Shown in pieces: positions 19,102-28,736 of a DNA stretch of 64,000 nucleotides. The notes under the pieces were generated by a model, which was not told the DNA's origin, searched no databases, and saw only the letters and a program-made list of their open reading frames with translations. Location of the stretch: contig CAVUWA010000004.1 in the NCBI GenBank assembly GCA_963744995.1, forward strand, positions 605 to 64,604, in the 5' to 3' direction. How positions within the stretch are numbered: the stretch's first letter is position 1; every line of letters begins with the position of its first letter. The stretch comes from Candidatus Eiseniibacteriota bacterium (lineage in GTDB: Bacteria > Eisenbacteria > RBG-16-71-46). A program made the translations under genes and the position numbers.

Positions 19102-21558
19102 ATGCTGCGATCATTCGTCCATCGAGCCCTCGCACTGCTTCCCGCGCTGATCATCCTGTCGTGGCCGGCGGTCGGCCACGCGACATGGTCCACCGATCCC
19201 TCGGTGAACAACGTCGTCGCCGAGGATCACAGCGTGTTCGCCTACTATCCCGGGCACACCGCGTGCACGGATGGTGCAGGCGGGATCTTCGTTGCCTGGA
19301 CCCACAAGGACATCGCGGAGGTTGTGCTCCTCCAGCACGTTCTGGCCGACGGCACGATCGCCCCTGGGTGGCCGGCAAATGGTCTGGCGCTGACGACGCC
19401 GTCGAGCGGGCAGATCGACATCGCGATCGTGCCCGACGGAGCCGGCGGGGCGCTGGTCGCATGGGAGGACGACCGCAACGGCAACTTCGACATCTTTGCA
19501 CAGCGGGTCAGTGCCGGTGGCGTGCGCCTGTGGGGGAACGCTGTGCAGGTGTCGACCGCATCCAACGAGGAAGGCCAGCCCGTCCTTGCCGGCGATGGTG
19601 CGCAGGGGATGTTCGTCGCATGGACTTTCGAGTATTCGCCGACCGACGATGACATCTACGCCATGCACATCCTCTCCAATGGGGCGGCGGACGGGGCCTG
19701 GGTAGGGGGTGGTCAGGGTGTCGCCCTCACGAGCTTCGAGGAAACAAGGCCCGCAATCCTGTCGGATGCCCAGGGAGGACTCTGGATCGCCTGGGACTAC
19801 TTCAACGGCAGTGTCACCGACATCAAGCTCACCCACATGACCGGCACGGGACAGCAGGTTCAGGGGTGGGCGTACGGTGGCACGGACATGACGGCGGTCG
19901 CCGGAGGCGACCAGACGTCTTCACAGCTCGCGACCGACGGAGCGGGTGGCGTCTTCGTGGTCTGGAACGACACGCGATTCGGCAACTCTGATGTCTACGT
20001 GAACTACGCCGCATCGGATGCGACGGTGCCGCTCTTCGGGTGGGGCCTCCCGCTGGTCTCGGAGGCAAGCGACCAGATGCTCTCGTCGGTGTGCCCTGAC
20101 GGCCAGGGCGGGCTCTTTGCGGTGTGGGACGACGGCCGGAACACGGCCTTCTATTCGTACGTCGGCCACGTGCGGCAGGATGGAAGCAACTACCTCGGGT
20201 GGCCGGCGGATGGTCTGCTTCCGCTGACCATCCAGACCTTCAGGGCGAAGATCGCACCGGACGGCACCGGAGGAGTCTTCCTGACGTTCGAGGGCTCCCT
20301 GGTGGGTTCGGCGGAGATCGGGGCAATGCATCTGCTGGGGAACGGGACGACCGCTCCCGGGTGGGGGCCCGAGGGGAATCCGGTCAGTTCGGCACTCGGA
20401 TCTCAGGGCACTCCCCTGATCGTCGCCGACGGCACAGGCGGTGCGCTGATCACGTGGTGGGACACCAGGTCCTACGCCGGGAACGATCACTATGCGCAGC
20501 GCATCGACGGTTTCGGCGCGCTGGGCGACGCGTCGCCCGCCATCACTTCGGTACAGGACGTCGAGGGCGATCAGGGCGGTGCGGTGCGGCTCGAGTGGAA
20601 CGCCAGCTACCTCGACGCGCAGCCGACCGCGGGGATCGAGAGCTACTGGATCTGGCGGCAGGTGCCCGTGGCCGCGCTGCAGGCCGCCGGCTCGAGAGCG
20701 GTGTGGCTCGCTTCGGGTGACGACGCGACGGCGCTCGCACGTGCCGGCAGACGGGTATTCGCACGCTCGCGCGGTGTTCGCAGCGCGGCGAGCGGCTACG
20801 CCTGGGAGTATCTCGCGAGCCAGCCTGCGCACTCGGGCGCTGCATACAGCTACGTCGCGGCGACGGCCGCCGACTCCAGCGGCGTGTCGTTCGCCTACAC
20901 GCTGTTCATGGTCGAAGCGCACGGTTCCGCGAGCGGGACGTTCTGGCCGTCGGCGCCCGACAGCGGCTACTCGGTGGACAACCTGGCGCCGGCGATGCCG
21001 GCGCCGTTCGCGGGCAGCTACGCCGACGGCGTGACGACGATGACGTGGGGCGAGAACGGCGAGCCGGACTTCGCCCACTACCGGCTGTATCGCGGCGGCA
21101 CCGTGGACTTCACGCCGGACCCCGGCCATCTGGTCGCCGAACCGGCGAGTCCAGGGTTCACCGATCCGGCCGGCGCACCGTACGTCTACAAGCTCTCCGC
21201 GGTCGACGTGCACGGCAACGAGTCGCCGGTGGCCACGCTGGTGCCTTCCGGGACGACCGACGTCGGCGATTCCGTGCCCACGATACTGGAGTTCGCGATC
21301 GCGGCGGGCAATCCCTCACGCTCCGGCGCGGAGCTGCGCTTTGCACTGCCGCACCCGGGGCCCGTGCACGTGGCGATCTTCGATGCACTCGGCCGCCGCG
21401 TCCGCACGCTCGTCGACGCGACGTATCCGGCGGGGCGCTTCACGGCGGACTGGGATGGCGTGAGCGAGGCGGGGGCGCAAGCGGGAAACGGCATCTACTT
21501 CGTTCGCCTCGAGGCCTGCGGAAGATCGTTGCACCGGAAACTCGTCATCCGCCGCTGA
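19102..21558 (+). CDS. Secreted beta-propeller-like repeat protein with FN3-like domain and Por/T9SS-type CTD (paralog 2, intact)
   Basis: MLRSFVHRALALLPALIILSWPAVGHATWSTDP. It has the same repeat architecture as paralog 1. It ends ...NPSRSGAELRFALPHPGPVHVAIFDALGRRVRTLVDATYPAGRFTADWDG..GIYFVRLEACGRSLHRKLVIRR. Confidence 0.75.
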   Translation: MLRSFVHRALALLPALIILSWPAVGHATWSTDPSVNNVVAEDHSVFAYYPGHTACTDGAGGIFVAWTHKDIAEVVLLQHVLADGTIAPGWPANGLALTTPSSGQIDIAIVPDGAGGALVAWEDDRNGNFDIFAQRVSAGGVRLWGNAVQVSTASNEEGQPVLAGDGAQGMFVAWTFEYSPTDDDIYAMHILSNGAADGAWVGGGQGVALTSFEETRPAILSDAQGGLWIAWDYFNGSVTDIKLTHMTGTGQQVQGWAYGGTDMTAVAGGDQTSSQLATDGAGGVFVVWNDTRFGNSDVYVNYAASDATVPLFGWGLPLVSEASDQMLSSVCPDGQGGLFAVWDDGRNTAFYSYVGHVRQDGSNYLGWPADGLLPLTIQTFRAKIAPDGTGGVFLTFEGSLVGSAEIGAMHLLGNGTTAPGWGPEGNPVSSALGSQGTPLIVADGTGGALITWWDTRSYAGNDHYAQRIDGFGALGDASPAITSVQDVEGDQGGAVRLEWNASYLDAQPTAGIESYWIWRQVPVAALQAAGSRAVWLASGDDATALARAGRRVFARSRGVRSAASGYAWEYLASQPAHSGAAYSYVAATAADSSGVSFAYTLFMVEAHGSASGTFWPSAPDSGYSVDNLAPAMPAPFAGSYADGVTTMTWGENGEPDFAHYRLYRGGTVDFTPDPGHLVAEPASPGFTDPAGAPYVYKLSAVDVHGNESPVATLVPSGTTDVGDSVPTILEFAIAAGNPSRSGAELRFALPHPGPVHVAIFDALGRRVRTLVDATYPAGRFTADWDGVSEAGAQAGNGIYFVRLEACGRSLHRKLVIRR
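20512..21138 (+). repeat. Near-identical ~630-bp tract shared with 17921-18548 (copy in paralog 2)
   Basis: Established by direct comparison of the two tracts. Confidence 0.8.
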
Positions 21559-21618
21559 GTCGACGCGTCGCGTGAAGATGGTCGGCCGGATTCACCTCGC
21601 GGAACCTGGAGAGTCCCT

Positions 21619-22167
21619 ATGAATCGAACCCTGCTCGCAATCGTGCTCGTGGGCGCGATCCCTGCGGTGCCCCAGGCCGCGTCCAACATCCCCCGCTCGG
21701 TGCTGGCCTCGGGCGGCGGGACGGCGTCGGGCACCAGCCATCTGGCGCGCTTCACTCTGGGTCAGCCCGTCGCGGCGGGCGTCGGGTCGGCGGGGCACTT
21801 CCTCTGGTCGGGTTTCTGGGGGCCGGTCTTCGGAGGGTCGGTGGACGTTCCCACGACGGACCCTTCGATTCCCACCGAGCTCGCACTCCTGCCGGGACGC
21901 CCCAATCCGTTCAGCCGCACGACGACGATCCAATTCGACGTGCCCAGGACGGCGGGCGCGTCCCCGGCCCGGGTTCGGCTGCGCGTCTACGACATGAGTG
22001 GGCGGCTCGTACGCACGCTTCGTGACGGTCCGATGGAGGCGGGGCGGTTCTCGATCGAGTGGCGCGGAGACGACGACGAGGGACGGCCGCTTGCGGCGGG
22101 CGTCTATGCGTGCGTTCTGGACACGCTCCTGGGCCGCGTCACCTGCAGAGCCGTGCTGCTGCGTTAG
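21619..22167 (+). CDS. Small secreted protein consisting mainly of a Por/T9SS-type CTD
   Basis: MNRTLLAIVLVGAIPAVPQAAS... LPGRPNPFSRTTTIQFDVP...RVYDMSGRLVRTLRDGPMEAGRFSIEWRGDDDEGRPLAAGVYACVLDTLLGRVTCRAVLLR. RBS GGAGAG precedes the start. Confidence 0.65.
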   Translation: MNRTLLAIVLVGAIPAVPQAASNIPRSVLASGGGTASGTSHLARFTLGQPVAAGVGSAGHFLWSGFWGPVFGGSVDVPTTDPSIPTELALLPGRPNPFSRTTTIQFDVPRTAGASPARVRLRVYDMSGRLVRTLRDGPMEAGRFSIEWRGDDDEGRPLAAGVYACVLDTLLGRVTCRAVLLR

Positions 22168-22223
22168 CGCGCACGCAGCGGTCGGCCGAGTCATCTGTGG
22201 GTCCACATGAGGAGGATGCAGTC

Positions 22224-23810
22224 ATGAACGTTTCGCGATGGTGGGGCGTGGCGTGCGCCGGCGTGTTGACGCTATTCGCGGTCGTGCCGTCGGCCGCTTT
22301 GCCGACGCAGGTGAGCTATCAGGGGCATCTGGAGAAGAACGGCACGCCCTACGACGGGACGGCGGACTTCAAGTTCGCCATCGTGAACGGCGGTTCCACG
22401 GTCTGGTCCAACGACGGCACCGGCACCGGCGGGAGCGAACCGAGCGCCTCGGTCGCGGTCCTGGTGGATCAAGGCCTGTTCAGCGTGCTGCTGGGTGCTT
22501 CCCCGATGGCGCCGCTGTCCGCGGCAGAACTGGCGCAGGCCGACGCCCCGATGCTGCGAGTGTGGGTGGACACGGGAGGCGGCTTCGAGCAGCTCGCCGA
22601 CCAGCCCCTGGCGAGCAGCGCCTATGCACTTCAGAGCGACGGGGCCAGCCACGCGTACGGCGACTTCACCGTGGACGGCGAGGTGCAGGTCGCGACGGGC
22701 ATCCGCTTCCCCGATAACTCGCTGCAGACCACGGCGGGGTCGGGCGGGCCGGACGCCGACTGGGTGATCAACGGAAACGACATGCACTCCGGCGTTTCGG
22801 GCTTCGTGGGCGTCGGCACCGCGACGCCGGCGCGGACCTTTCAGGTCGCAGGTCAGGCGCGTTCGAACGACTGGGAGCTGGGAACGGGCAACGCCACCTC
22901 CGTCGGCCATCTGTACATGGACAACGGCGGCAATCTGGATCTGGCCGGTCCCGGCGGGGTGGGCATCGATCCCGGCCTTGTTCTCCGTGGCGGGTTGCCG
23001 AACGGTGGCGGCCAGGTCCTGGCCTACAACGGCGCCGGCAACGCGACCGTCGACCTCGAAGGCGATTCCGGCGGTGGCAGCCAGCTGCAGATGGGCGACG
23101 AGGGTGGGGCGACCATCACCCTGGACGGCAAGGACGGTGCCGGTGGCGGCATCGCCACGTTCACGAACAACAACCACGGCATGACGGTACGCCTGCGCGG
23201 CCAGGCCTACGGCGGCGGGTCGCAGCTGGAGCTGTTCGGGAGCGACGGAAGCCTCGCCCACCAGTGGACCGCCGAGAACCGCGAGTGGAAGGTCTACAGC
23301 CCGACCGGCGCGCTCAAGATCTGGATGATCGCCGACGACGGCAGCGGCAAGAGCCGGATCCGGACCGATGTCGTCGAGATCACGGGCGGCGCGGATCTCT
23401 CCGAGCGGTTCGATCTGGCGTCCGAATGCGGTCCAGTCGCGCCCGGCACCGTCGTGAGCATCGATCCCGCCAATCCCGGCCAGCTCATGTGCAGCGCCTC
23501 CGCCTACGATGCCACCGTCGCCGGGGTGGTGAGCGGGGCCGGCGGCGTGGACGCCGGACTCGTCATGGGCCATCAGGGCACGCGGGCGGACGGCGCGGTG
23601 GCCGTCGCCCTGACCGGGCGGGTCTGGACACGCTGCGACGCGACGGGCGGCCCGATCCACCCCGGCGACCTCCTCACGACGTCGGGTCGTCCGGGCTGCG
23701 CGATGCGTGTCGCCGATCCGGATCGCGCGCGCGGAGCGATCCTCGGCAAGGCCATGACCGCGCTCGAGCATGGCACGGGTCTCGTGCTCGTGCTGGTGTC
23801 CCTGCAGTGA
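22224..23810 (+). CDS. Secreted tail-fibre-like beta-repeat protein
   Basis: RBS GAGGAGG. Signal peptide MNVSRWWGVACAGVLTLFAVVPSAA. The N-terminus LPTQVSYQGHLEKNGTPYDGTADFKFAIVNGGSTVWSNDGT is typical of bacterial tail-fibre-domain proteins. Gly-rich repeats follow (GVSGFVGVGTATPARTFQVAGQA). It ends ...GAILGKAMTALEHGTGLVLVLVSLQ. Confidence 0.55.
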   Translation: MNVSRWWGVACAGVLTLFAVVPSAALPTQVSYQGHLEKNGTPYDGTADFKFAIVNGGSTVWSNDGTGTGGSEPSASVAVLVDQGLFSVLLGASPMAPLSAAELAQADAPMLRVWVDTGGGFEQLADQPLASSAYALQSDGASHAYGDFTVDGEVQVATGIRFPDNSLQTTAGSGGPDADWVINGNDMHSGVSGFVGVGTATPARTFQVAGQARSNDWELGTGNATSVGHLYMDNGGNLDLAGPGGVGIDPGLVLRGGLPNGGGQVLAYNGAGNATVDLEGDSGGGSQLQMGDEGGATITLDGKDGAGGGIATFTNNNHGMTVRLRGQAYGGGSQLELFGSDGSLAHQWTAENREWKVYSPTGALKIWMIADDGSGKSRIRTDVVEITGGADLSERFDLASECGPVAPGTVVSIDPANPGQLMCSASAYDATVAGVVSGAGGVDAGLVMGHQGTRADGAVAVALTGRVWTRCDATGGPIHPGDLLTTSGRPGCAMRVADPDRARGAILGKAMTALEHGTGLVLVLVSLQ

Positions 23811-25690
23811 GTGCGCGGTACGCGGGCGCGGGACATCCTCCGCCGACCGTCGCCGGGCCGGGAAGACGGCAGGGCGTCAAAGCGGTTCTGGCGCTGGCGC
23901 TGCTCGGATGGGCCGGCAACGCGATGGCCCAGGACGGCGCGTCTGCACGGGACCTCTCCGACCTGCTCCGTTCGGTGGTCGCCGCAGACCAGGCGCGCAG
24001 CGGAGTCGCCCCCCGGGAGGCGGCACGCGTGACGAAAGGACGCACGGGCGGTCTTTCCTACCTCGGCGCCCCACCCGGGTATGCGTTTCCAACTCGGGCT
24101 GCGCGAGGTGGGGCGGAGGTCTCTGCGCGGGCGTTCCTCGACGGGCATCGCGACCTGTTCGCGCTCGGGGCGAACGATGCGCTGCGCCTCCGCCGCGAAA
24201 AGACCTCTTCCGACCGGACCTGGGTGCGGTTTCAGCAGCTGCACCGCAGCCTGCCCGTTCTCGCCGGGGAGATCGTCGTGCAGGTGGGCGGCGGCGGCAT
24301 CGAGGCCGTGATGTGCGACATCGCGGCGGGCGCCGAGACGGCTGCGCTTCCCACCGCCGCCGCGATCTCGAGAGATCAGGCGGCCGCCATCGCGACCTCC
24401 ACGGCCGCCGACCTCTACGGGGCTGCCGACGCCAGCGTGGTCTCGCTCGACCTCGAGTACTTCGTCCCCGCGGTCCTCGGTGAACCGGGCGATCCGGCGC
24501 TCGCCTGGGTGGTGACGGTGAGCAGCGAGATGGTGATTTCCGCGCATGAGAGGGTCGTCCTGGACGCAGTGCGCGGCGAAGTGCTCCGACGCTATCCGCT
24601 GCACGAATCGGCGCTCAACCGTCAGATCTACGACGCGAGCCTCACTTCTGCCGATCCCGGCACACTGAAGCGTTCCGAAGGTGATCCGCCTTCCACGCTG
24701 GCGGACATCAACCTGACCTACGACTACCTCGGCGACACCTACGCCTTCTACCTGAGTCACCACGGGCGAGACAGCTTCGACGATGCCGGAGCCGTGCTGA
24801 GCGCGACTGTGAACTACTGCGGATTCCCCGGTTGCGACAATGCCCAGTTTCTGGCGACGAACGGTCGGATGTACGTCGGTCCGGACTTTGCGGTGGACGA
24901 TGTCCTGGCGCACGAATACACGCACGGCGTCACGGCGAGCGAATCCGGACTCTATTACGCCAATACCCCCGGGGCCCTCAACGAGTCTCTCTCGGACGTG
25001 TGGGGCGAGTTCGTGGACCTCAGCAACGGCGCGGGGAACGACGCGGCGGTGTGGCGATGGCGGCTCGGGGAGGACCTTCTCGGCCCCAACGGGCGCGACA
25101 TGCGGGATCCGACGATCTTCTCTGACCCGGACCGGCTCAGCAGCCCGTTCTATGTTCCTCCCGTCGGCAGCCCCGACACCCTGAACGACTACGGCGGCGT
25201 GCATACCAACAGTGGCGTAAACAACAAGCTCTGCTACCTGCTGACCGACGGCGACACGTTCAACGGGCAGGTCGTCGCGGGCATGGGCATCGACGCCGTC
25301 GCGGATCTCTACTACGAGGCGAACACGCACCTTCTCACTTCCGGTTCGGGCTGGGTGGACCTGTACGACGCGCTGCGCCAGGCCGCGATCAGCCTGGGGT
25401 GGTCCAGCGCCGATCGGACCAACCTCGATCGCGCCTGTCTCGCCGTGGAGATCGCACCGCCCAGCAAGCTGCTCTGGGTGGATGGTGCGTCCACCTGCAG
25501 CCCCGCGGCCGGGTACTTCGAGTGCCGCGTGGCGGGTGGGCCGTTTCAGATCGTGGCGGATGCGGTGACGGCCGCGGATCCGGGTGCATTGATCAGGGTC
25601 CGTGCGGGCCACTACGCGGAGTCCGTAACGATCAGCAAATCCGTCGTCCTCTCGAGCTGGCTCGGGACGGCACGGATCGGGGGGCCCTGA
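23807..25690 (+). CDS. M4 (thermolysin-like) zinc metalloprotease with propeptide; GTG start overlaps the upstream stop (GTGA)
   Basis: Signal peptide ...RRQGVKAVLALALLGWAGNAMAQ. Propeptide-like region. Catalytic motifs VLAHEYTHGVT (HExxH), GALNESLSDVWGEF (Glu ligand) and GGVHTNSGVNNK. The C-terminus ends QIVADAVTAADPGALIRVRAGHYAESVTISKSVVL. There is no ATG between the upstream stop and the signal peptide. Confidence 0.8.
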   Translation: MSARYAGAGHPPPTVAGPGRRQGVKAVLALALLGWAGNAMAQDGASARDLSDLLRSVVAADQARSGVAPREAARVTKGRTGGLSYLGAPPGYAFPTRAARGGAEVSARAFLDGHRDLFALGANDALRLRREKTSSDRTWVRFQQLHRSLPVLAGEIVVQVGGGGIEAVMCDIAAGAETAALPTAAAISRDQAAAIATSTAADLYGAADASVVSLDLEYFVPAVLGEPGDPALAWVVTVSSEMVISAHERVVLDAVRGEVLRRYPLHESALNRQIYDASLTSADPGTLKRSEGDPPSTLADINLTYDYLGDTYAFYLSHHGRDSFDDAGAVLSATVNYCGFPGCDNAQFLATNGRMYVGPDFAVDDVLAHEYTHGVTASESGLYYANTPGALNESLSDVWGEFVDLSNGAGNDAAVWRWRLGEDLLGPNGRDMRDPTIFSDPDRLSSPFYVPPVGSPDTLNDYGGVHTNSGVNNKLCYLLTDGDTFNGQVVAGMGIDAVADLYYEANTHLLTSGSGWVDLYDALRQAAISLGWSSADRTNLDRACLAVEIAPPSKLLWVDGASTCSPAAGYFECRVAGGPFQIVADAVTAADPGALIRVRAGHYAESVTISKSVVLSSWLGTARIGGP

Positions 25691-25718
25691 GACCGTGCGG
25701 GCAGAGATCGAGCGAGCG

Positions 25719-28166
25719 ATGTCATCACGACGCGGAATCCGCGGTGGGCGCCAGGTCCGGCCGGCGTGGCTCCAGTCCGCCATGGTCCTGGGACTGGTCG
25801 CCAGTCTCGCGGGCACGAGCTTCGGCCAGGGCGCATGGGGTGACCGGGAGTGGCACGAGGACCCTGAGCACGAGGCCGAGCAGTGGGAATCCACGATAAG
25901 CCCGCGGGAGTACCTGGAGGCGCTCGACGCCACCGGCATGCAGCGGGCGAAGCAATCGGCGTCGACCTCGACATCGAGCTGGACGCGGCTGGGACCGATC
26001 GGCGGCTACGGACCACGGCTCACCTTCAACGGCCGTGTCGCGGGGATTCGCACGATCCCAGATGGCGGCGGCGGCTATCGCATCTTCCTCGGCGCTTCAG
26101 GCGGGGGCGTATGGCGCTCGCACTCGAGCGCTCCGTCGGTCTACACGCAGATCGCGCCCACGCTCCTCAACCCCTCGGTGCGGGCGCTGGCGATCGATCC
26201 CGCGGACGACAGTCGCATCGTCGTCTTCACGGGCGATCCGGGCCGGTACGAGGGCGCGGGCGTGTACTACACGACGAACAGCGGGGCCACCTGGAGTGCC
26301 GGCAGCCTCTCGGTGATTCCCAAGCGGGCGTATCGGCTCGAGTACGTGAACGGGAGCTCGACCGAACTGGTGGCGGCGACCAGCGCCGGCATCTTCCGTT
26401 CCACCGACGCGGCGGTCAGCTGGCAGCGTGTCTGGACGGGAGACGCGACCGGCCTCCGCCTGCACCCGACCTCTGCCGACACCATGTATGCGGTCACAAA
26501 GGACGTGGGGCTGCTGCGATCCACCAACCGGGGCGCGAGCTGGGGCCCCGTGCCCGGGGCGAGCGGGCTGCCCCCGGCGGCTTCGTGGGGGCGCGCCACG
26601 CTCGCGATCTGTCGCGGAACGCCTGCGGCGATGGCGGTCTTCATCGCCACGCCCCGCGGCTACCTGCTGGGCGTCTGGCGCACGACGAACACGGGCGTCA
26701 CGTGGACGAACGCCACCGGCGACCTGCCGGACCTCGCTCGGACGCAGGCGGACCATGCTCAGGCGATCGCGATCAAGCCCGACGATCCCGAACACATGTA
26801 CGTCGGTTCGATCGAACTGTTCCGAACGACGGACGGTGGCGCGCACTGGGTCATGCACAGCCAGTCGTCCGGCTTCGACATCGGCCATGGCGACGTCACG
26901 CAGCTCTACTTCTCGCCCGAAGCTGGGGACAATCTGCTGTGGATCTGCAACGACGGCGGGATCTTCCGGCACGACATCGGGGCGATGACCACGATCGGGC
27001 TGAACGGCAACGGGACCACGGGCCTGAACCTGGCGCAGGTGGATCACCTCGAATGGCGCCGGAGCCTGGGGATCATCAATCTGCAGGACAATGCCACGCT
27101 CGCGACCCAGAATACCGGCGCCAACTGGAGCTACGTTCCAGTTGGCAACGACAAGGGCGGGGACGGCAGTGCCATGCAGATCACGGATGCGGAAGCCCAT
27201 GAATACTGGTTCTGGTTGGGCAGCAATCCGTTCCATCTCTACCGCGTCACCGCATCGGGGACTCTGGAGTTCATGCAGGAGCCAGCCGGCGCGACCTCGG
27301 CTCTGTTCTACGATCCATTTGGCGGGCGCCTTTACGTGCCGGTGGGGTCCGATATCTGGTCCATCGCGAAGAACGCTTCGCCCGGAGCATACAGTCTGGA
27401 AGCCGTTCCACCGCTCCATTCGCAGTCCTACGGACTGCAAGGTCTCTTCGGGAGCAAGGCCGACGGCAGGACGTTCTTCGTGAACTTCCGCGACAACCTG
27501 GAGCGCGATGTCGCGGTGGCCCGGTGGACGGGTTCCACCTGGACGGTTCACACGACCACGGATCTGGCGCCGAGTGGGGGAAAGGTGTGGGTCATCGCGC
27601 CGTCGAGCGAGTCTCCCGGTGAAGCCTGGGCCGGCTGCAGGGCGCCCGTCGGCTCCTCGAAGGTGTTCCACACGACGGACTACGGTGCGACATGGGATGA
27701 CGTCACCGGGGAGCTGTCGTCGGTTGGAGCCGTCTGGTGTCTGGCACCGACGCCCTTCGACCCCTCGACGATCTATGCCGGCACCGACATCGGTATCTTC
27801 CGGACCACCGACGCAGGAAAGAGCTGGCAGCCCTTCCAGGACGGCATGCCCATCGTCCAGTGCAAGGATCTGAAATTCGTCGTGGATCCCACCACCGGCG
27901 GCCAGCACCGGCTCATGGCAGCGACCTATGGCCTCGGCGTCTGGACGCGGGACGTCCCGTCGCGCCCGATCGTCTACGTGGACAAGACCTACGTGGGGAC
28001 GGAGGACGGATCCATCGAGCACCCGTACAACACTCTCACCGAAGGCGTGGACGCCGCGCCGGGCGGAGCCGTCGTGGCGCTGCGTTCGAACACCTATTTC
28101 GAGCCGCAGACCCTCTCGAAGAACCTCCTGCTCGTGAGCTGGGCGGGCCCCAGCCTCGTGGACTGA
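25719..28166 (+). CDS. Secreted BNR/Asp-box repeat protein (sialidase/GH74/Ycf48-like beta-propeller)
   Basis: Signal peptide MSSRRGIRGGRQVRPAWLQSAMVLGLVASLAGTSFG. Seven S/T-x-D-x-G-x-T/S-W Asp-boxes: TTNSGATW, STDAAVSW, STNRGASW, TTNTGVTW, TTDGGAHW, TTDYGATW, TTDAGKSW. Confidence 0.75.
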   Translation: MSSRRGIRGGRQVRPAWLQSAMVLGLVASLAGTSFGQGAWGDREWHEDPEHEAEQWESTISPREYLEALDATGMQRAKQSASTSTSSWTRLGPIGGYGPRLTFNGRVAGIRTIPDGGGGYRIFLGASGGGVWRSHSSAPSVYTQIAPTLLNPSVRALAIDPADDSRIVVFTGDPGRYEGAGVYYTTNSGATWSAGSLSVIPKRAYRLEYVNGSSTELVAATSAGIFRSTDAAVSWQRVWTGDATGLRLHPTSADTMYAVTKDVGLLRSTNRGASWGPVPGASGLPPAASWGRATLAICRGTPAAMAVFIATPRGYLLGVWRTTNTGVTWTNATGDLPDLARTQADHAQAIAIKPDDPEHMYVGSIELFRTTDGGAHWVMHSQSSGFDIGHGDVTQLYFSPEAGDNLLWICNDGGIFRHDIGAMTTIGLNGNGTTGLNLAQVDHLEWRRSLGIINLQDNATLATQNTGANWSYVPVGNDKGGDGSAMQITDAEAHEYWFWLGSNPFHLYRVTASGTLEFMQEPAGATSALFYDPFGGRLYVPVGSDIWSIAKNASPGAYSLEAVPPLHSQSYGLQGLFGSKADGRTFFVNFRDNLERDVAVARWTGSTWTVHTTTDLAPSGGKVWVIAPSSESPGEAWAGCRAPVGSSKVFHTTDYGATWDDVTGELSSVGAVWCLAPTPFDPSTIYAGTDIGIFRTTDAGKSWQPFQDGMPIVQCKDLKFVVDPTTGGQHRLMAATYGLGVWTRDVPSRPIVYVDKTYVGTEDGSIEHPYNTLTEGVDAAPGGAVVALRSNTYFEPQTLSKNLLLVSWAGPSLVD

Positions 28167-28175
28167 CCCGCACGG

Positions 28176-28736
28176 CTACTTGCGCCCGTATTTCGCGGTG
28201 AGCGTCGCGGTGTCGATCGCGTTCGCGTGGATCATGAACCGCACCACCGCGGACGTGGCCCCTTCCGGCACCTCGAGCTTGTCGGTCTTGAGCGCATAGA
28301 CCGTGAAGACATAGCGGTGCGGCTTGTCGCCCGGGGGTGGGCAGGGTCCGCCGTACGCCGACGTGCCGAAGTCGGTCGGACCCTGCATGGCGCCGTCCGG
28401 CAGGTTGTCGCCATCGGCGGAACCGGCGCCCGCGGGCAGCGACGTGGTACCGACGGGGAGGTTGTACACGACCCAGTGCCACCAGCCCGAGCCGGTGGGC
28501 GCGTCGGGATCGTAAACGGTCACCGCGAAGCTCTTCGTTCCCTCCGGTGCGCCCGACCATTGGAGCGCGGGCGAGACGTTTCCGCCGGCGCACCCCATGT
28601 CGTCGAAGACCTGTTCCCTGGAAATGGTGGCGCCGGGTTTGATCACCGGACTTTCGAGCTTGAAAGCGGCCGCGGCGGCGGTGGCCGGCACGGCAGCCAG
28701 ACACGCGAGACTCGTGATCCAGATCATTCTGCGCAT
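28176..28736 (-). CDS. YbhB/YbcL-family PEBP (Raf-kinase-inhibitor-like) protein
   Basis: Signal peptide MRRMIWITSLACLAAVPATAAA. PEBP core: SFAVTVYDPDAPTGSGWWHWVVYNLP...PCPPPGDKPHRYVFTVYALK. Confidence 0.8.
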   Translation of the reverse strand: MRRMIWITSLACLAAVPATAAAAAFKLESPVIKPGATISREQVFDDMGCAGGNVSPALQWSGAPEGTKSFAVTVYDPDAPTGSGWWHWVVYNLPVGTTSLPAGAGSADGDNLPDGAMQGPTDFGTSAYGGPCPPPGDKPHRYVFTVYALKTDKLEVPEGATSAVVRFMIHANAIDTATLTAKYGRK

